DNA of 64,000 nucleotides from a virus (taxonomy: Duplodnaviria; Caudoviricetes): the IMG/VR virus record IMGVR_UViG_3300033145_002015, positions 26,600 through 90,599 of that record; one strand, written 5' to 3'. Shown piece by piece: positions 36,696 through 46,527 of this stretch. Numbering within the stretch: the stretch's first letter is position 1; each line of letters starts with the position of its first letter. Below the pieces are notes generated by a model, which saw only the letters and a program-made list of their open reading frames with translations, was not told the origin of the DNA and searched no databases. The position numbers and the translations under genes are program-made.

Positions 36696-37025
36696 CTAGT
36701 CGATCAAAAGCACTTCCAGAGTGCCTGACGCAGCGACGCTTTGAACGTAGAATATGGTCTCTCCCGACGTTTTGGCCAGATCTAAAGACAATGATCCTTC
36801 CACAGTAACGTATCGGGCACCATTCGATAGATGCGACATTTTCCAAGATGTGCCGTCCCGTAAAGCCGCAGCAATGCTTTTACAAGAAAGGCCGCTGGGG
36901 ACGGTTATGGCGGTCCATGACGAATTGTCCACGGACTCGTTCAAAATATCTGCGATAGTACTTCCCCCCGGAATCGGGACCAGGTTGGGATCTTGACGAT
37001 AGGCTGTTCCTTGCTGAGTCGCCAT
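36696..37025 (-). CDS. hypothetical (probably structural) protein
   Basis: ATG 37025 with AGGAGG SD; beta-rich. Confidence 0.6.
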   Translation of the reverse strand: MATQQGTAYRQDPNLVPIPGGSTIADILNESVDNSSWTAITVPSGLSCKSIAAALRDGTSWKMSHLSNGARYVTVEGSLSLDLAKTSGETIFYVQSVAASGTLEVLLID

Positions 37026-37049
37026 TCTAAATTTCCTCCTATCGCCACC

Positions 37050-37063
37050 CGCAATCAATTGCG
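37050..37063. repeat. dispersed palindrome copy 7 (CGCAATCAATTGCG)
   Basis: intergenic; arms extend to 22 bp (37046-37067), between a stop codon and an SD. Confidence 0.9.
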
Positions 37064-37067
37064 GGTG

Positions 37068-38009
37068 CTATTCAGTCTTTTCTTTCCAGTGTTCGAGCCA
37101 ATCCATAATGGATATGGCTTGGCGATCTTTGATCATTTTACGATGATTTTTACATTTGTTCAACACATCTTCGAGGATTGCCTGGAGAACCCTCGGATTA
37201 CCTTTCCGATGCTGTATAAACCTGGTAGCTAGCTCCTCTCCGCCGAATATATAGGTCGCAATAGTTCGATTTCGAGTATAGTCATCACCATTCCAATAGT
37301 AATTCCTTTTTTCTCCATGATGAAACAATGGAGGTCCTGGCATGATCCATTTCTTCTTTCCTAGAACTGCCAAGGTATAGTTCATGAAGTTCTCCCCGCC
37401 GCCGTAGATTCCTAATTCGGTCGGCCAGCCACCAACTTCGTCATACAATTCTCTAGTGATCATCATACCGCAGGTGGACATGCAAGGAACTTCATATGGA
37501 TACTCTCTGTCCCGATATCTAGTGAAACTGTAATGAATCTCTCCATGATCCAGATTTACGACTAATTTATAGATCAACTTCCGCCATTCCAGAATATGAT
37601 AGGTCAGCGGGAGATGAATAGACCCATTCAACTGTTCATGCGCTTCCTGATAAACCCTCAGCATATTGTAAATGGAATTTCTACTCACGATGCAATGAGC
37701 ATCAATAAACAACAGAAACTTGCCTGAAGATTCGGCCACACCTAAATTTTTGGCCTGCCAATGTGATAGTTTGGCGTCGTACTTCAATGGTTTGAGCCAC
37801 GGGAGACCTCTCGCTACGGCAGGAATCTGTTCACTCGCACGGTCGGGCTTTTTCCCTCCGCCTTGCTTAGCGACCTCATCGCAAAAATTATCCACTGCCA
37901 GAATCTCAAAGTCCACTCGATCTCGAAGTTCTTCTGCAATTGATCTTATGGTGAATACAACCTGCGGATATTCCAGACAATATGGAACTATCACTGACAG
38001 CTCAGCCAT
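37068..38009 (-). CDS. GT-A glycosyltransferase with polypeptide GalNAc-transferase (GT27/GT60)-like motifs
   Basis: LSVIVP, EILAVDN, LLFIDAHC (DxH), PCMSTCGMMITRELYDEVGGW..LGIYGGGEN, then H. Confidence 0.8.
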   Translation of the reverse strand: MAELSVIVPYCLEYPQVVFTIRSIAEELRDRVDFEILAVDNFCDEVAKQGGGKKPDRASEQIPAVARGLPWLKPLKYDAKLSHWQAKNLGVAESSGKFLLFIDAHCIVSRNSIYNMLRVYQEAHEQLNGSIHLPLTYHILEWRKLIYKLVVNLDHGEIHYSFTRYRDREYPYEVPCMSTCGMMITRELYDEVGGWPTELGIYGGGENFMNYTLAVLGKKKWIMPGPPLFHHGEKRNYYWNGDDYTRNRTIATYIFGGEELATRFIQHRKGNPRVLQAILEDVLNKCKNHRKMIKDRQAISIMDWLEHWKEKTE

Positions 38010-38014
38010 AACAT

Positions 38015-38503
38015 TTATTCTCCTTTCTTTCCGATATGCTGAGGAGGTTTCCGAAAACCACGTTCGATCAAAATCCGTTCTTTGAATGCTGAAAAACCGA
38101 TCACTAGATCTGGAGCTAGATATGAAATATCCTCGATCCGAACGGATGCGAAGTAAACAATCGGAGACCAAAACATCTTAACCTGATATTCTCCAGGATT
38201 CTGCGCAAGTGTCAGATAGAATCCTTCGGATTTTTTCAGCAATCCATAATAATCAATCACTAAAGCCTTTGGATAATCAAATGAGATTCCCATCAGCTTC
38301 CCGAATCTTGTGGAAGACAATCTCCCGTGTCGAACGGGAACCAGAATATGTTGTGAAAAAAATCCCTGCTCAAAGCCATTGATGATGACCTGCTCTTCAA
38401 AAGCCTGAAGGTATTTGCGAAAGGCATCACCTTTCGGCATCGGTTCAATTAAACTGTTCCCAGACCGTAAAGAACGCCTTATTTCCTTTTTTTCTGAATC
38501 CAT
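38015..38503 (-). CDS. hypothetical protein within the glycan cluster
   Basis: fills the gap between two GTs; probable start near 38440. Confidence 0.5.
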   Translation of the reverse strand: MDSEKKEIRRSLRSGNSLIEPMPKGDAFRKYLQAFEEQVIINGFEQGFFSQHILVPVRHGRLSSTRFGKLMGISFDYPKALVIDYYGLLKKSEGFYLTLAQNPGEYQVKMFWSPIVYFASVRIEDISYLAPDLVIGFSAFKERILIERGFRKPPQHIGKKGE

Positions 38504-39194
38504 GCTTCACCATCCATTCTCGCCCGATGTCACGAACTGTCGGCGGAGATAATGGTTTGGCGTATACACCATATCTCCACCTTAGAACTTCTTCCATGAG
38601 TTGAGGATGCCCGTGATGAAACTGCTTTTCGGGATTGCTGTTTGAAGATAACCATACAACCGTGTTTTTTACGAATTCGCCTCTTATCAAAGACGGATGA
38701 CCACAGAAACCTACTTCCAATTTATGTTCGGCGGGGCATTCAAAGAATTCTCCATTCCACGGGAAGAAAAAACGCCAATTCTTAGAATACGTGTCGCTCG
38801 TTGGTCTGAACGGCAATCGCAGGATCGCAAGATCTTGGTGTCGTTCCATGATCGACAGCATTTCTGACATATCAATCTTCGATACAATTTCCCAATCATC
38901 TTCAAGATGAAAAACAAAAGGCGCTTCGACTGCCTTCCATACCCTGATAAATGCGTTGGGAAAATTAGCCTGCGATGGGAGAAACGGCATAACTTGGTGC
39001 TGTTTTGGATCAAATACTGTTGTTACGAAGTCCAAGGTTTCGGCTTGGCACGAAGTCCCGATTGGATCAATATTGATAATAAGACGATATCGACCATTAT
39101 ATTCGACATTATCAAGAAATGACTCCAGAGTTCTGACAATGACTTCTGGTCGGCAGGTTGCCGTCATGGTTATGTCAACCCAAGAATTGAACAT
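38445..39194 (-). CDS. GT-A fold glycosyltransferase (GT2-like)
   Basis: VDITMTATCRPEVIVRTLES, IINID, FVFHLEDDW. Confidence 0.7.
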   Translation of the reverse strand: MFNSWVDITMTATCRPEVIVRTLESFLDNVEYNGRYRLIINIDPIGTSCQAETLDFVTTVFDPKQHQVMPFLPSQANFPNAFIRVWKAVEAPFVFHLEDDWEIVSKIDMSEMLSIMERHQDLAILRLPFRPTSDTYSKNWRFFFPWNGEFFECPAEHKLEVGFCGHPSLIRGEFVKNTVVWLSSNSNPEKQFHHGHPQLMEEVLRWRYGVYAKPLSPPTVRDIGREWMVKHGFRKKGNKAFFTVWEQFN

Positions 39195-39937
39195 ACCTCG
39201 GCCTCCTGCTCTTCCACATTGTCCGGGAGCATAAGCTCCATGTTCTTGTACAAATTTTTATGATTGATCTTGCGATCTTTTATTGTCTTATATTTTTGAA
39301 GCCCATCCAATGTTGGTTTTGGCATGCCAAGTATATTGCATAAACCTAAAATATAGGATTCGTCGGATAGTCTCGCCAATTCAGAAAGAACAACCTTTCC
39401 GCCAGCAGCTAGAACCCGTTCTCCGCAACGCTTTGCTCTGCTTGCCATTTCTAAAGTATACCAATAAATCAATTGATAATCTGATAGCTTGGTCCAAACA
39501 GGTCCCAGCTTATGGATACAGATTGAAGATACTGGATGAATGTAATAAGTAAGACCTCGTTTGCTCCTTCCTGGAATATCGTTCAGCCTGAGCATAGACA
39601 GGCAAATGTCACGGTAGGGTCTTCGGTGGATGATGAGATCATAATGAATACCCAAGTCAGATAATGCCTTATCAAATTCAATCAAAAAGAAATGGCTGGC
39701 CTCAAAATAGATTCGACAATTCTGAGCCGCAATTGATTGCAGCTTCTCATCTTTCCAAAAACTTTTCGGATCGGCTCCAGCGCAAACTTTTTCAATCCAT
39801 GGCGCATACGCTGGTTGAGGTTCGTGGAAGGCTTTCGTGGACGGATTATCATGATACAAAGCTGAAAACAGAGAAGCGATATATTTGGTCCCGCTTCTGG
39901 CAGGTGCGGCCACGAATATGAATTGTCTCGGAATCAA
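39170..39937 (-). CDS. sulfotransferase-like protein
   Basis: FVAAPARSGTKYI (5'-PSB loop), FHEP, HRRPYRDICLS (3'-PB-like). Confidence 0.65.
   Translation of the reverse strand: MIPRQFIFVAAPARSGTKYIASLFSALYHDNPSTKAFHEPQPAYAPWIEKVCAGADPKSFWKDEKLQSIAAQNCRIYFEASHFFLIEFDKALSDLGIHYDLIIHRRPYRDICLSMLRLNDIPGRSKRGLTYYIHPVSSICIHKLGPVWTKLSDYQLIYWYTLEMASRAKRCGERVLAAGGKVVLSELARLSDESYILGLCNILGMPKPTLDGLQKYKTIKDRKINHKNLYKNMELMLPDNVEEQEAEVCSILGLT
39728..39741. repeat. dispersed palindrome copy 8 (CGCAATTGATTGCA)
   Basis: inside the sulfotransferase-like gene, read as LQSIA. Confidence 0.9.
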
Positions 39938-40578
39938 GATTCACTTTCCTTTCGATTAAAAAACATCAAATTTCGATACCAAGCACTCATTTCTTTCTGG
40001 CGCTTCCATGGTTCCAGATTCCATCGAATTCTATTCAGAATTTCATCATCATAGATGAATCCAGCTTCAGAGAATTTGGAAATCCAATACTCGGGTGGTT
40101 GGCAGTTCACATGATGAAGTCCCCCCTGTCCCGGAGGAGCTGCTGAAATCAGCAGCTTATCTGATAATGCAATCAGATTCTGGACCACAACATCACTATA
40201 TTCTTCTTCAATATGTTCCAAGACTTCAAGGCAAATGGCCAAATCAAATCTATCATGAGTCCATTCCAAAGGTTTTCGCAAGTCCGCAATAATGAGCCTA
40301 TCAGTCGGAGGCAGAAAAAATTCTTTGCATGCGGGGGAGCCGTCCAATCCCCAAGCGTCCAGTCCAATCCGGAGAAAATAATCCACCAGTTCCCCCACTG
40401 CGCATCCAACATCAATCACACGTTTGACCTTCAGAACATCCAGAATCGCCACACACATCGGCTCAGCACGCCATTGCAGACGATGGCGGGATTTGAAAAA
40501 ACGCGGCGGATATAATTTGTTCAATCTTTCCATCCTAAATGCCTCGGAGCTTTCCTCAACAATGATAGCCCTGCCCAT
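39934..40578 (-). CDS. class I SAM-dependent methyltransferase
   Basis: VIDVGCAVG, DLAICLEVLEHI, HHVNCQPPEYW. Confidence 0.85.
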   Translation of the reverse strand: MGRAIIVEESSEAFRMERLNKLYPPRFFKSRHRLQWRAEPMCVAILDVLKVKRVIDVGCAVGELVDYFLRIGLDAWGLDGSPACKEFFLPPTDRLIIADLRKPLEWTHDRFDLAICLEVLEHIEEEYSDVVVQNLIALSDKLLISAAPPGQGGLHHVNCQPPEYWISKFSEAGFIYDDEILNRIRWNLEPWKRQKEMSAWYRNLMFFNRKESES

Positions 40579-41087
40579 GGTCCTGGAATCGTGAAGATCT
40601 CCAAATAATCGTATCTTGGATTAGTCCGAATCTCCCATGCTGCTTCCCACGCATTGGAGCAGTACGAATCGGAAAGTAAATCGGATTTTACCGGGTAAGT
40701 ATCATGAAGAAGAATAATCCCTGTAAAATCTCTGACGTATGGAGACCATGCATCAACATCAGCCAGAACGGCTTCTTTTCGATGATCCCCATCGATAAAT
40801 AAAAGATCGATAGTCCCAAGATCCCAAGATGCAGCAACCGATAGAGAATCTGCCTCAAATAAAACGACACCGGGTCCTTTCTTGACATTGGGCTTGATCT
40901 CGATATCCACGCCGACAGCTCTCGGTACAAGTTTGGAAATCGTATTGAAGGTATACCCATGTTGTATGCCAATCTCTACGTAAAGCTCAGGTTCCATGAG
41001 CTTTACCAACTCCACCATCAGATCTCTGAATTCCTGTACTCTCCATTTCCTTATTGCGTACATAACTTCCTCAATTCCGAAGGCCAC
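40521..41087 (-). CDS. class I SAM-dependent methyltransferase (Methyltransf_24-like)
   Basis: YVEIGIQHG, IDLLFIDGDH, ILLHDT. Confidence 0.85.
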   Translation of the reverse strand: MAFGIEEVMYAIRKWRVQEFRDLMVELVKLMEPELYVEIGIQHGYTFNTISKLVPRAVGVDIEIKPNVKKGPGVVLFEADSLSVAASWDLGTIDLLFIDGDHRKEAVLADVDAWSPYVRDFTGIILLHDTYPVKSDLLSDSYCSNAWEAAWEIRTNPRYDYLEIFTIPGPWAGLSLLRKAPRHLGWKD

Positions 41088-42175
41088 CGAAAAGCGGTGG
41101 GATATTGTCGAAGAATTCCAAACAACATCGTCATATCCGGAAGAACACGACCATAGAATCCATTCTGTGATACAAAAAAGTCGTGGGCTTCTGTTTTACG
41201 CTCTTCGTCGATTTCGTTCAGGAAAGTATGAATTTCATATGCACAAGTCGTCGGATCGGCTGAATCCGATAATACCCTAGCAACCCTGTCATTTTTAGTA
41301 AACATAGGAGAATGCCGATCCGGAGCAGAAATCATTACTGGAGTCCCACAGCACAGAGCTTCCAGAGGACCCCTATCATTCTGTCCATGTCCTCCAAAAT
41401 AAACAAAGAGTTTGGATTGATTATAGACATTCACCATATCATGATTCGGAAGCATCCCGGGAAGAGTTACATCCAAACTATGATGCTTGATATTGTCCAA
41501 AATGTGGTTTGTATAAGTTCCACGTAGAATCCTTCCCGGAAGGATCGCCTTGAGATTCTTCCCGAAGATCCGACGGTATTCAATCAAGGTTCGGATTCCC
41601 TTCCATTGCCCTTTTTTGTCGTGGATATGGGAAGCCCCAATGCAGATATCAAATGGACGTTTTATGCCGCGAATGTAATAAAAAACCTTTGGATTAATCG
41701 GTTTTCGGAAAAAGAAATGAAATCTTTGAGTTGAATCTATCCAATATCCCTCAGTCAAGTCATTCAGAATAATGTGCCAGAATTTCCATTTCTGCCTGCC
41801 GGTATTGGCCGCATAACAAATTGTCCAATGATTCCGTTCTGCCATATCAGATAAAAATGGAAACCAGGATCTAAATCCTCCACGGCACCAAATTATATCG
41901 TTAGGCTGAATAAAGTCATAGATGTAAGACATTTCAGGAATGACATATCCATGAATCTTTCCGTGACTAAATCGGCCCGGCGAGACTGCTGATTCAATAA
42001 AGATCAAGATATCATCAATCGTACCTTCGTCGAGCATAGCTTCCAATAAGGCGAAATATCCTTGTGTCGGCAATGTCGTAGTGAAAAAATTTTCGCTGAT
42101 TCTATCCCGATCCCAAGGATGCTTCGATCCTAATTTGGCTTGCCGGTCTGCTACATAAAGAAAGATCAATCTCAT
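41051..42175 (-). CDS. GT-B glycosyltransferase (GT4-like)
   Basis: KKGQWKG, VYNQSKLFVY, DRGPLEALCCGTPV. Confidence 0.75.
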   Translation of the reverse strand: MRLIFLYVADRQAKLGSKHPWDRDRISENFFTTTLPTQGYFALLEAMLDEGTIDDILIFIESAVSPGRFSHGKIHGYVIPEMSYIYDFIQPNDIIWCRGGFRSWFPFLSDMAERNHWTICYAANTGRQKWKFWHIILNDLTEGYWIDSTQRFHFFFRKPINPKVFYYIRGIKRPFDICIGASHIHDKKGQWKGIRTLIEYRRIFGKNLKAILPGRILRGTYTNHILDNIKHHSLDVTLPGMLPNHDMVNVYNQSKLFVYFGGHGQNDRGPLEALCCGTPVMISAPDRHSPMFTKNDRVARVLSDSADPTTCAYEIHTFLNEIDEERKTEAHDFFVSQNGFYGRVLPDMTMLFGILRQYPTAFRWPSELRKLCTQ

Positions 42176-42849
42176 GGCGATTGCTGCCCTCCAAGCAGGC
42201 TGAGGAAAAGATATTTCTCTTTCTTTCGCTTCGCTCGCATAACTTTCACACCATGCTTACTTACGGAAGCTCCTACTCTATGCCACACTACTGTGTTACT
42301 GGTCTTATACCAGAAGTATCCTAATCGTAGAGTATGATACCATATCCAGGCATCGCCATAAAAGATTTCTAACTGTGGCGGAATCGGTGGGATTTTGGCA
42401 TATAGGCTCGCCCGAATCGTCCATGCCCATCCTTCGTACTTCCGTACTCTGAATATCGACCAGCTAGGGTCTTCATGCCACTTTAGGAATTCATTCTTAT
42501 CGAATATAGTATGGGGAATTGCTACTCCGCAGCGATAAATATCGAAAAGAAGCAAAATTTCAGAAAAAAAGTTAGGTTTTAATAGCAGGTCATCATTCAG
42601 AACTGAAATGAAATCCACCTTATGTCCCAAAGCCAATTGCTTTCCGAACTCCCATGATGAATTTACCCCCAATTTTTTTGAGGCTCTGCGAATTTCAACA
42701 TTCAGATTCCCTTGCCAAGAAAAACCTTCTTCGGTGTTATCGATGACAAATACCACGCTAGGCCGAATAGTATTCCCTGCTAGGCTATCCAGCATAGGTC
42801 CAGCAAATTCCGAAGAAGCCACTGGAACTATTACAGCTATTCTGTCCAT
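42172..42849 (-). CDS. GT2-like glycosyltransferase
   Basis: IAVIVPV, VFVIDN, VLNDDLLL, FYGDAWI. Confidence 0.75.
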   Translation of the reverse strand: MDRIAVIVPVASSEFAGPMLDSLAGNTIRPSVVFVIDNTEEGFSWQGNLNVEIRRASKKLGVNSSWEFGKQLALGHKVDFISVLNDDLLLKPNFFSEILLLFDIYRCGVAIPHTIFDKNEFLKWHEDPSWSIFRVRKYEGWAWTIRASLYAKIPPIPPQLEIFYGDAWIWYHTLRLGYFWYKTSNTVVWHRVGASVSKHGVKVMRAKRKKEKYLFLSLLGGQQSP

Positions 42850-44099
42850 CCCATCGCCTCCCCCATCGCCGGAGCGTAGTATTTATTATAGATATGATCA
42901 TAGTTATATGATCTCTTCATAAACGTCTTGGTCATGACAGCCTCGTTTTCAAACATTCTACCGAGAATGATTTTGGCAACATCCCGGTAATAAGCATTTC
43001 GGTCTTTTATATCGACGCTGTGGTGAAACGATCCGAAGTCAAAGTAAAGACCCGTGAGCCCCGTCACCTCCAACATCATTTGGAGCGATTTATTGAATAC
43101 ACAAAATACGCCTCCCGCCAAGGCTACTTCAGGGACTACCAATCCAAAACTTTCTTCACGTGTCGGAAAGATGAACAGATTTGCGCAATGCATCAATTCT
43201 CGAAGCATCTTTTTGGGAAGCCCGAGCGCCACTTCCTGCTTCCATTCCGAAGAAAAAATGAATTCGTCATGCGGAATCAATCCTCTGGATGCAGCCAATT
43301 TGTAGAATTTCCGAATATCTTCTTTTCGTTGTCTTCCAGTGGCCCATTGATTGGCTATGACCAAACATACCGAAAAATTCATCTTCTTCATCGCTGAAAA
43401 GATCTCAATCACATCCTGAACACCTTTAGCGGTAAGCCGATCTGTAGATGCGGGATAGATCTTTACGATATCTGCCGAAAGGAGCTTCGGATAGCTGTCA
43501 ATGAAGTCACAAGTATCCTGACCGAAATCGAACCAAGTCCGAATGTCCTTGATGTGTGGGATTACTCTTACATCATTGATTGTTCCTCGAAATTGCTCTG
43601 CAACCCTAATTTGCTCTGTCTTATTGGGAAAGACAATCTTGTGATATCCTTGATATCTTCTGATTTCCCACCAATCTCGAAACGCACTCGGAATACTGTG
43701 AACCCAATGGAACCATTTGACTTTCGGCAAAGCGGAGGATGCTATTTCAACTCCCAATGCATAGGGAAGATTCCATCCGGTGAAAATGATATCATGCGTA
43801 AAGCAATAATCCGAATCCGCCAATTCTTTTTTCAGCACATCCGCAGTGTTATTGGCAATCGTATAGTGTTCAGTGCTTACTGCTGCACGGGTGGCATAGT
43901 CTTGTAGATGAGCGAAGGGAAGGACATTTTTGATCGTGACATCTTCGGAAAAAGAACCACTGCTATAGACTTCCGAGACTATGAGGTCTACTTGATGCCC
44001 ATACCGACGGAGCATTTTGGCCTGATCCAATACAATACCTGTCAACGAATAACCCGGGTTGAAATCTTGGAAGGTCGTTAAAATCGTTACCTTTGCCAT
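42837..44099 (-). CDS. GT4 glycosyltransferase
   Basis: YSLTGIV..LRRYGHQVDLI; FIFPTREESFGLVVPEVA. Confidence 0.85.
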   Translation of the reverse strand: MAKVTILTTFQDFNPGYSLTGIVLDQAKMLRRYGHQVDLIVSEVYSSGSFSEDVTIKNVLPFAHLQDYATRAAVSTEHYTIANNTADVLKKELADSDYCFTHDIIFTGWNLPYALGVEIASSALPKVKWFHWVHSIPSAFRDWWEIRRYQGYHKIVFPNKTEQIRVAEQFRGTINDVRVIPHIKDIRTWFDFGQDTCDFIDSYPKLLSADIVKIYPASTDRLTAKGVQDVIEIFSAMKKMNFSVCLVIANQWATGRQRKEDIRKFYKLAASRGLIPHDEFIFSSEWKQEVALGLPKKMLRELMHCANLFIFPTREESFGLVVPEVALAGGVFCVFNKSLQMMLEVTGLTGLYFDFGSFHHSVDIKDRNAYYRDVAKIILGRMFENEAVMTKTFMKRSYNYDHIYNKYYAPAMGEAMGWTE

Positions 44100-44123
44100 G
44101 ATTTTCTCCTTTCTGATTCATAA

Positions 44124-45194
44124 TTAAACCGTTGTTGTGGTAGTCGTGGAACTCGTCGTGGTTGTAGTTGTTGTGGTTGTTTGTCGATAACTATACTCCA
44201 CACATAGCTTTGATCTCTTCTCCGAATCTCCGGCTCTGATCGAATAGAATTCCCGCAATGCTCCAAGGGTACTACCATTATCTTCCAGGATAAGCATTAC
44301 GTCTCCCACCCCGGGCCAGTCCGGCCTGTCGATTACTTCTTGGAGCGAGGCAGATAGATCAGGAGACACGTATTCATTGCCGGCACCCCATCCTTGAATG
44401 TTAGTCCATTCAATCGTTTCCGATGTCATTTTCAGATTATCCAATTCTACTTTGGACGTAGGATTGACGGGGGAAGCCGTATCATTAAACCCACACTTCA
44501 CATTCACGAATACGGGCGTTCTGGTTCCGTACGCAGTAAAATATGCCCTGGCACTTTCGATTACGGAACCTCTGGGGATATTAAGATTTCGATATCGTAT
44601 ATACGCTCGATTTTTAGATGATGAGAAATCTCCAAAATCAATATAATCCAATTCGAGAGAAGCGTCCTGTGGATCGCCATCTGGACGGGAATATATAGCG
44701 AAACCGATGTAATACAAATTTGAAGATAAGCCATAATCCGATAGAACCAGAATTTGCTCTTCGCCTCCATTATCGGTTATGGTGTAATCTTCCGATGGAC
44801 TATAGATTGCATTTTTTGCGATCAGAAACGATACCCAAGTATCATCGATATCCATTAAAAACATTTCAATGGCTGTGGGAGAATTAGAAGAATCTGAAGA
44901 AATAGAGGCCCTCATTTTGATTTTCATGTGGGGACCTGTTGTATAATTATCTACAGGACTTCCATCATTCCATTCCCAATAGGTGATATTATCCTGAACA
45001 GCACTGCCGTCATGAATAGTGCGTAAGCGAACAGAGCTTATAGTAGAATCAAAATCAACAGAATGAGAATATCCAGAACCGGATACAACATACGGCACTG
45101 TCGGACATGCCTCCGCAGTAAGACCAACTGTAAACCGCCAAGAATGGCCTGCATCACATATTCCGGTCGCCCAAGGTTCCCACATATTTAACAT
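44124..45194 (-). CDS. accessory virion protein with DNRLRE/CBM-like domain and poly-Thr tail
   Basis: RAYIRYRNLNIPRGSVIESA..SPDLSASLQEVIDRPDW; ends QTTTTTTTTTSSTTTTTTV. Confidence 0.65.
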   Translation of the reverse strand: MLNMWEPWATGICDAGHSWRFTVGLTAEACPTVPYVVSGSGYSHSVDFDSTISSVRLRTIHDGSAVQDNITYWEWNDGSPVDNYTTGPHMKIKMRASISSDSSNSPTAIEMFLMDIDDTWVSFLIAKNAIYSPSEDYTITDNGGEEQILVLSDYGLSSNLYYIGFAIYSRPDGDPQDASLELDYIDFGDFSSSKNRAYIRYRNLNIPRGSVIESARAYFTAYGTRTPVFVNVKCGFNDTASPVNPTSKVELDNLKMTSETIEWTNIQGWGAGNEYVSPDLSASLQEVIDRPDWPGVGDVMLILEDNGSTLGALREFYSIRAGDSEKRSKLCVEYSYRQTTTTTTTTTSSTTTTTTV

Positions 45195-45237
45195 CTCCCA
45201 GTTGTACTGTTGATAATATCACCGCCACAAAAACTCC

Positions 45238-46527
45238 CTATACTGTTGTCGTAGTAGTTGAACTGCTACTGGTAGTAGTCGAACTACTCGTAGTGGTAAA
45301 TGACGACGATGTGGTCGAGGAGCTGGTCATAGTAGATGTCGTGGTAGTAGACAATGTCATAGTCGTTGTAGAAGTAGTAGTCGTTGTAGAGGTAGTAGTC
45401 GTTGTCGAGGTGGTAGTTGCCATGAAAATATCAAAATAAGGAGATTCTCGATCATTTTCATAGTCAGCTTCTCCAATTCCCCGATAACTCATAGTCGCCC
45501 ACGAATCTGAGATCAACCCTATTGGGCTGTTAGGGAGTAGAGTGACCTTCCAAAAGTACCATTTAGTGTTGGGGCCTTCTGGATTGTCGGAAATAAACTT
45601 AAGGCAATATCTTTTAGATGGTGCCATATTGGCGTAGATTACATTTGGGTTGGGCCTGGTTCCCCGCACGAAACGAGCCAGATTATCAGAAGAAAATTCA
45701 TCAAGAGTGAATTGAAGCGTATAATCCATCTTGAGGATTACGCTATCGCCCACCACTAAACCGCCTGACCTCGACAGATAGCTTTTTATTTCTTCAGAAG
45801 ATACCACTACATTGAGATCCGTACAATTGCCGACATCAGAAAATGCAGGAGCTGTGTATGTAAGATCGAAACCAAGCGGAGGCCAATAGACGAAACTTGA
45901 TGCCCCGAAATTTATGGTTACGCCATTTCTATCGGAACCTTCTCCACTAATATGAATAGCCGGATAAATATCTTCCGATATACCAGACAGATCAAATGCT
46001 TCTAGTGTTCCTTCTGCAGGATTTCCATTGATTTGCCACTCTCCATTTTTGGAGAACCAAACCTGTTTAGTATCAGCATCGTAAGCCACCCCGATGACAT
46101 CCCCATCAGTATAGGAATATGACAGATACGGGTCCGGCTGTGTATAAGAAGCGTTGTATGCCAAAGTGCCGTTTGACCAATAACCACAAGAATTGGCGTC
46201 AACCCCTAATTTGGCAGCTAAATTGGCATTTCTGGTCGCGTAACCTATACCGATAGTATCTACACCTAAAGCGCCCCCGGTTTCATTGATCGTGACTTCC
46301 CAATAGAATTTTCCCGAAGATACTGTATTCTGCGCCAGAACGACGCCGACTCCGCCGGTAAGATCTATATGTTGAACCTTAAGGCCACCCGCAATCAATT
46401 GCAGCTTGGGACTCATATAGTTTTCGTCCAAAAGCTGCGTTGCCATCGAATCCGTCCAGTTGGCAATGTAGAGGACACCTCTCCCTAAGGTATATAATTC
46501 ATAGCTTGGACTTCTGGGGATTGTCAT
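45238..46527 (-). CDS. second tail tube paralogue with SPRY/B30.2 insertion and about 60-aa Thr/Ser tail
   Basis: shares LYTLGRG, DVGNC and FxSDNPxGPN..FW.V.L with 61253-61819; SPRY motifs GKFYWEV..IG, GDVIGVAYD..VWFSKNG..YPA. Confidence 0.8.
   Translation of the reverse strand: MTIPRSPSYELYTLGRGVLYIANWTDSMATQLLDENYMSPKLQLIAGGLKVQHIDLTGGVGVVLAQNTVSSGKFYWEVTINETGGALGVDTIGIGYATRNANLAAKLGVDANSCGYWSNGTLAYNASYTQPDPYLSYSYTDGDVIGVAYDADTKQVWFSKNGEWQINGNPAEGTLEAFDLSGISEDIYPAIHISGEGSDRNGVTINFGASSFVYWPPLGFDLTYTAPAFSDVGNCTDLNVVVSSEEIKSYLSRSGGLVVGDSVILKMDYTLQFTLDEFSSDNLARFVRGTRPNPNVIYANMAPSKRYCLKFISDNPEGPNTKWYFWKVTLLPNSPIGLISDSWATMSYRGIGEADYENDRESPYFDIFMATTTSTTTTTSTTTTTSTTTMTLSTTTTSTMTSSSTTSSSFTTTSSSTTTSSSSTTTTTV
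46390..46403. repeat. dispersed palindrome copy 9 (CGCAATCAATTGCA)
   Basis: inside a CDS, read as LQLIA. Confidence 0.9.
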
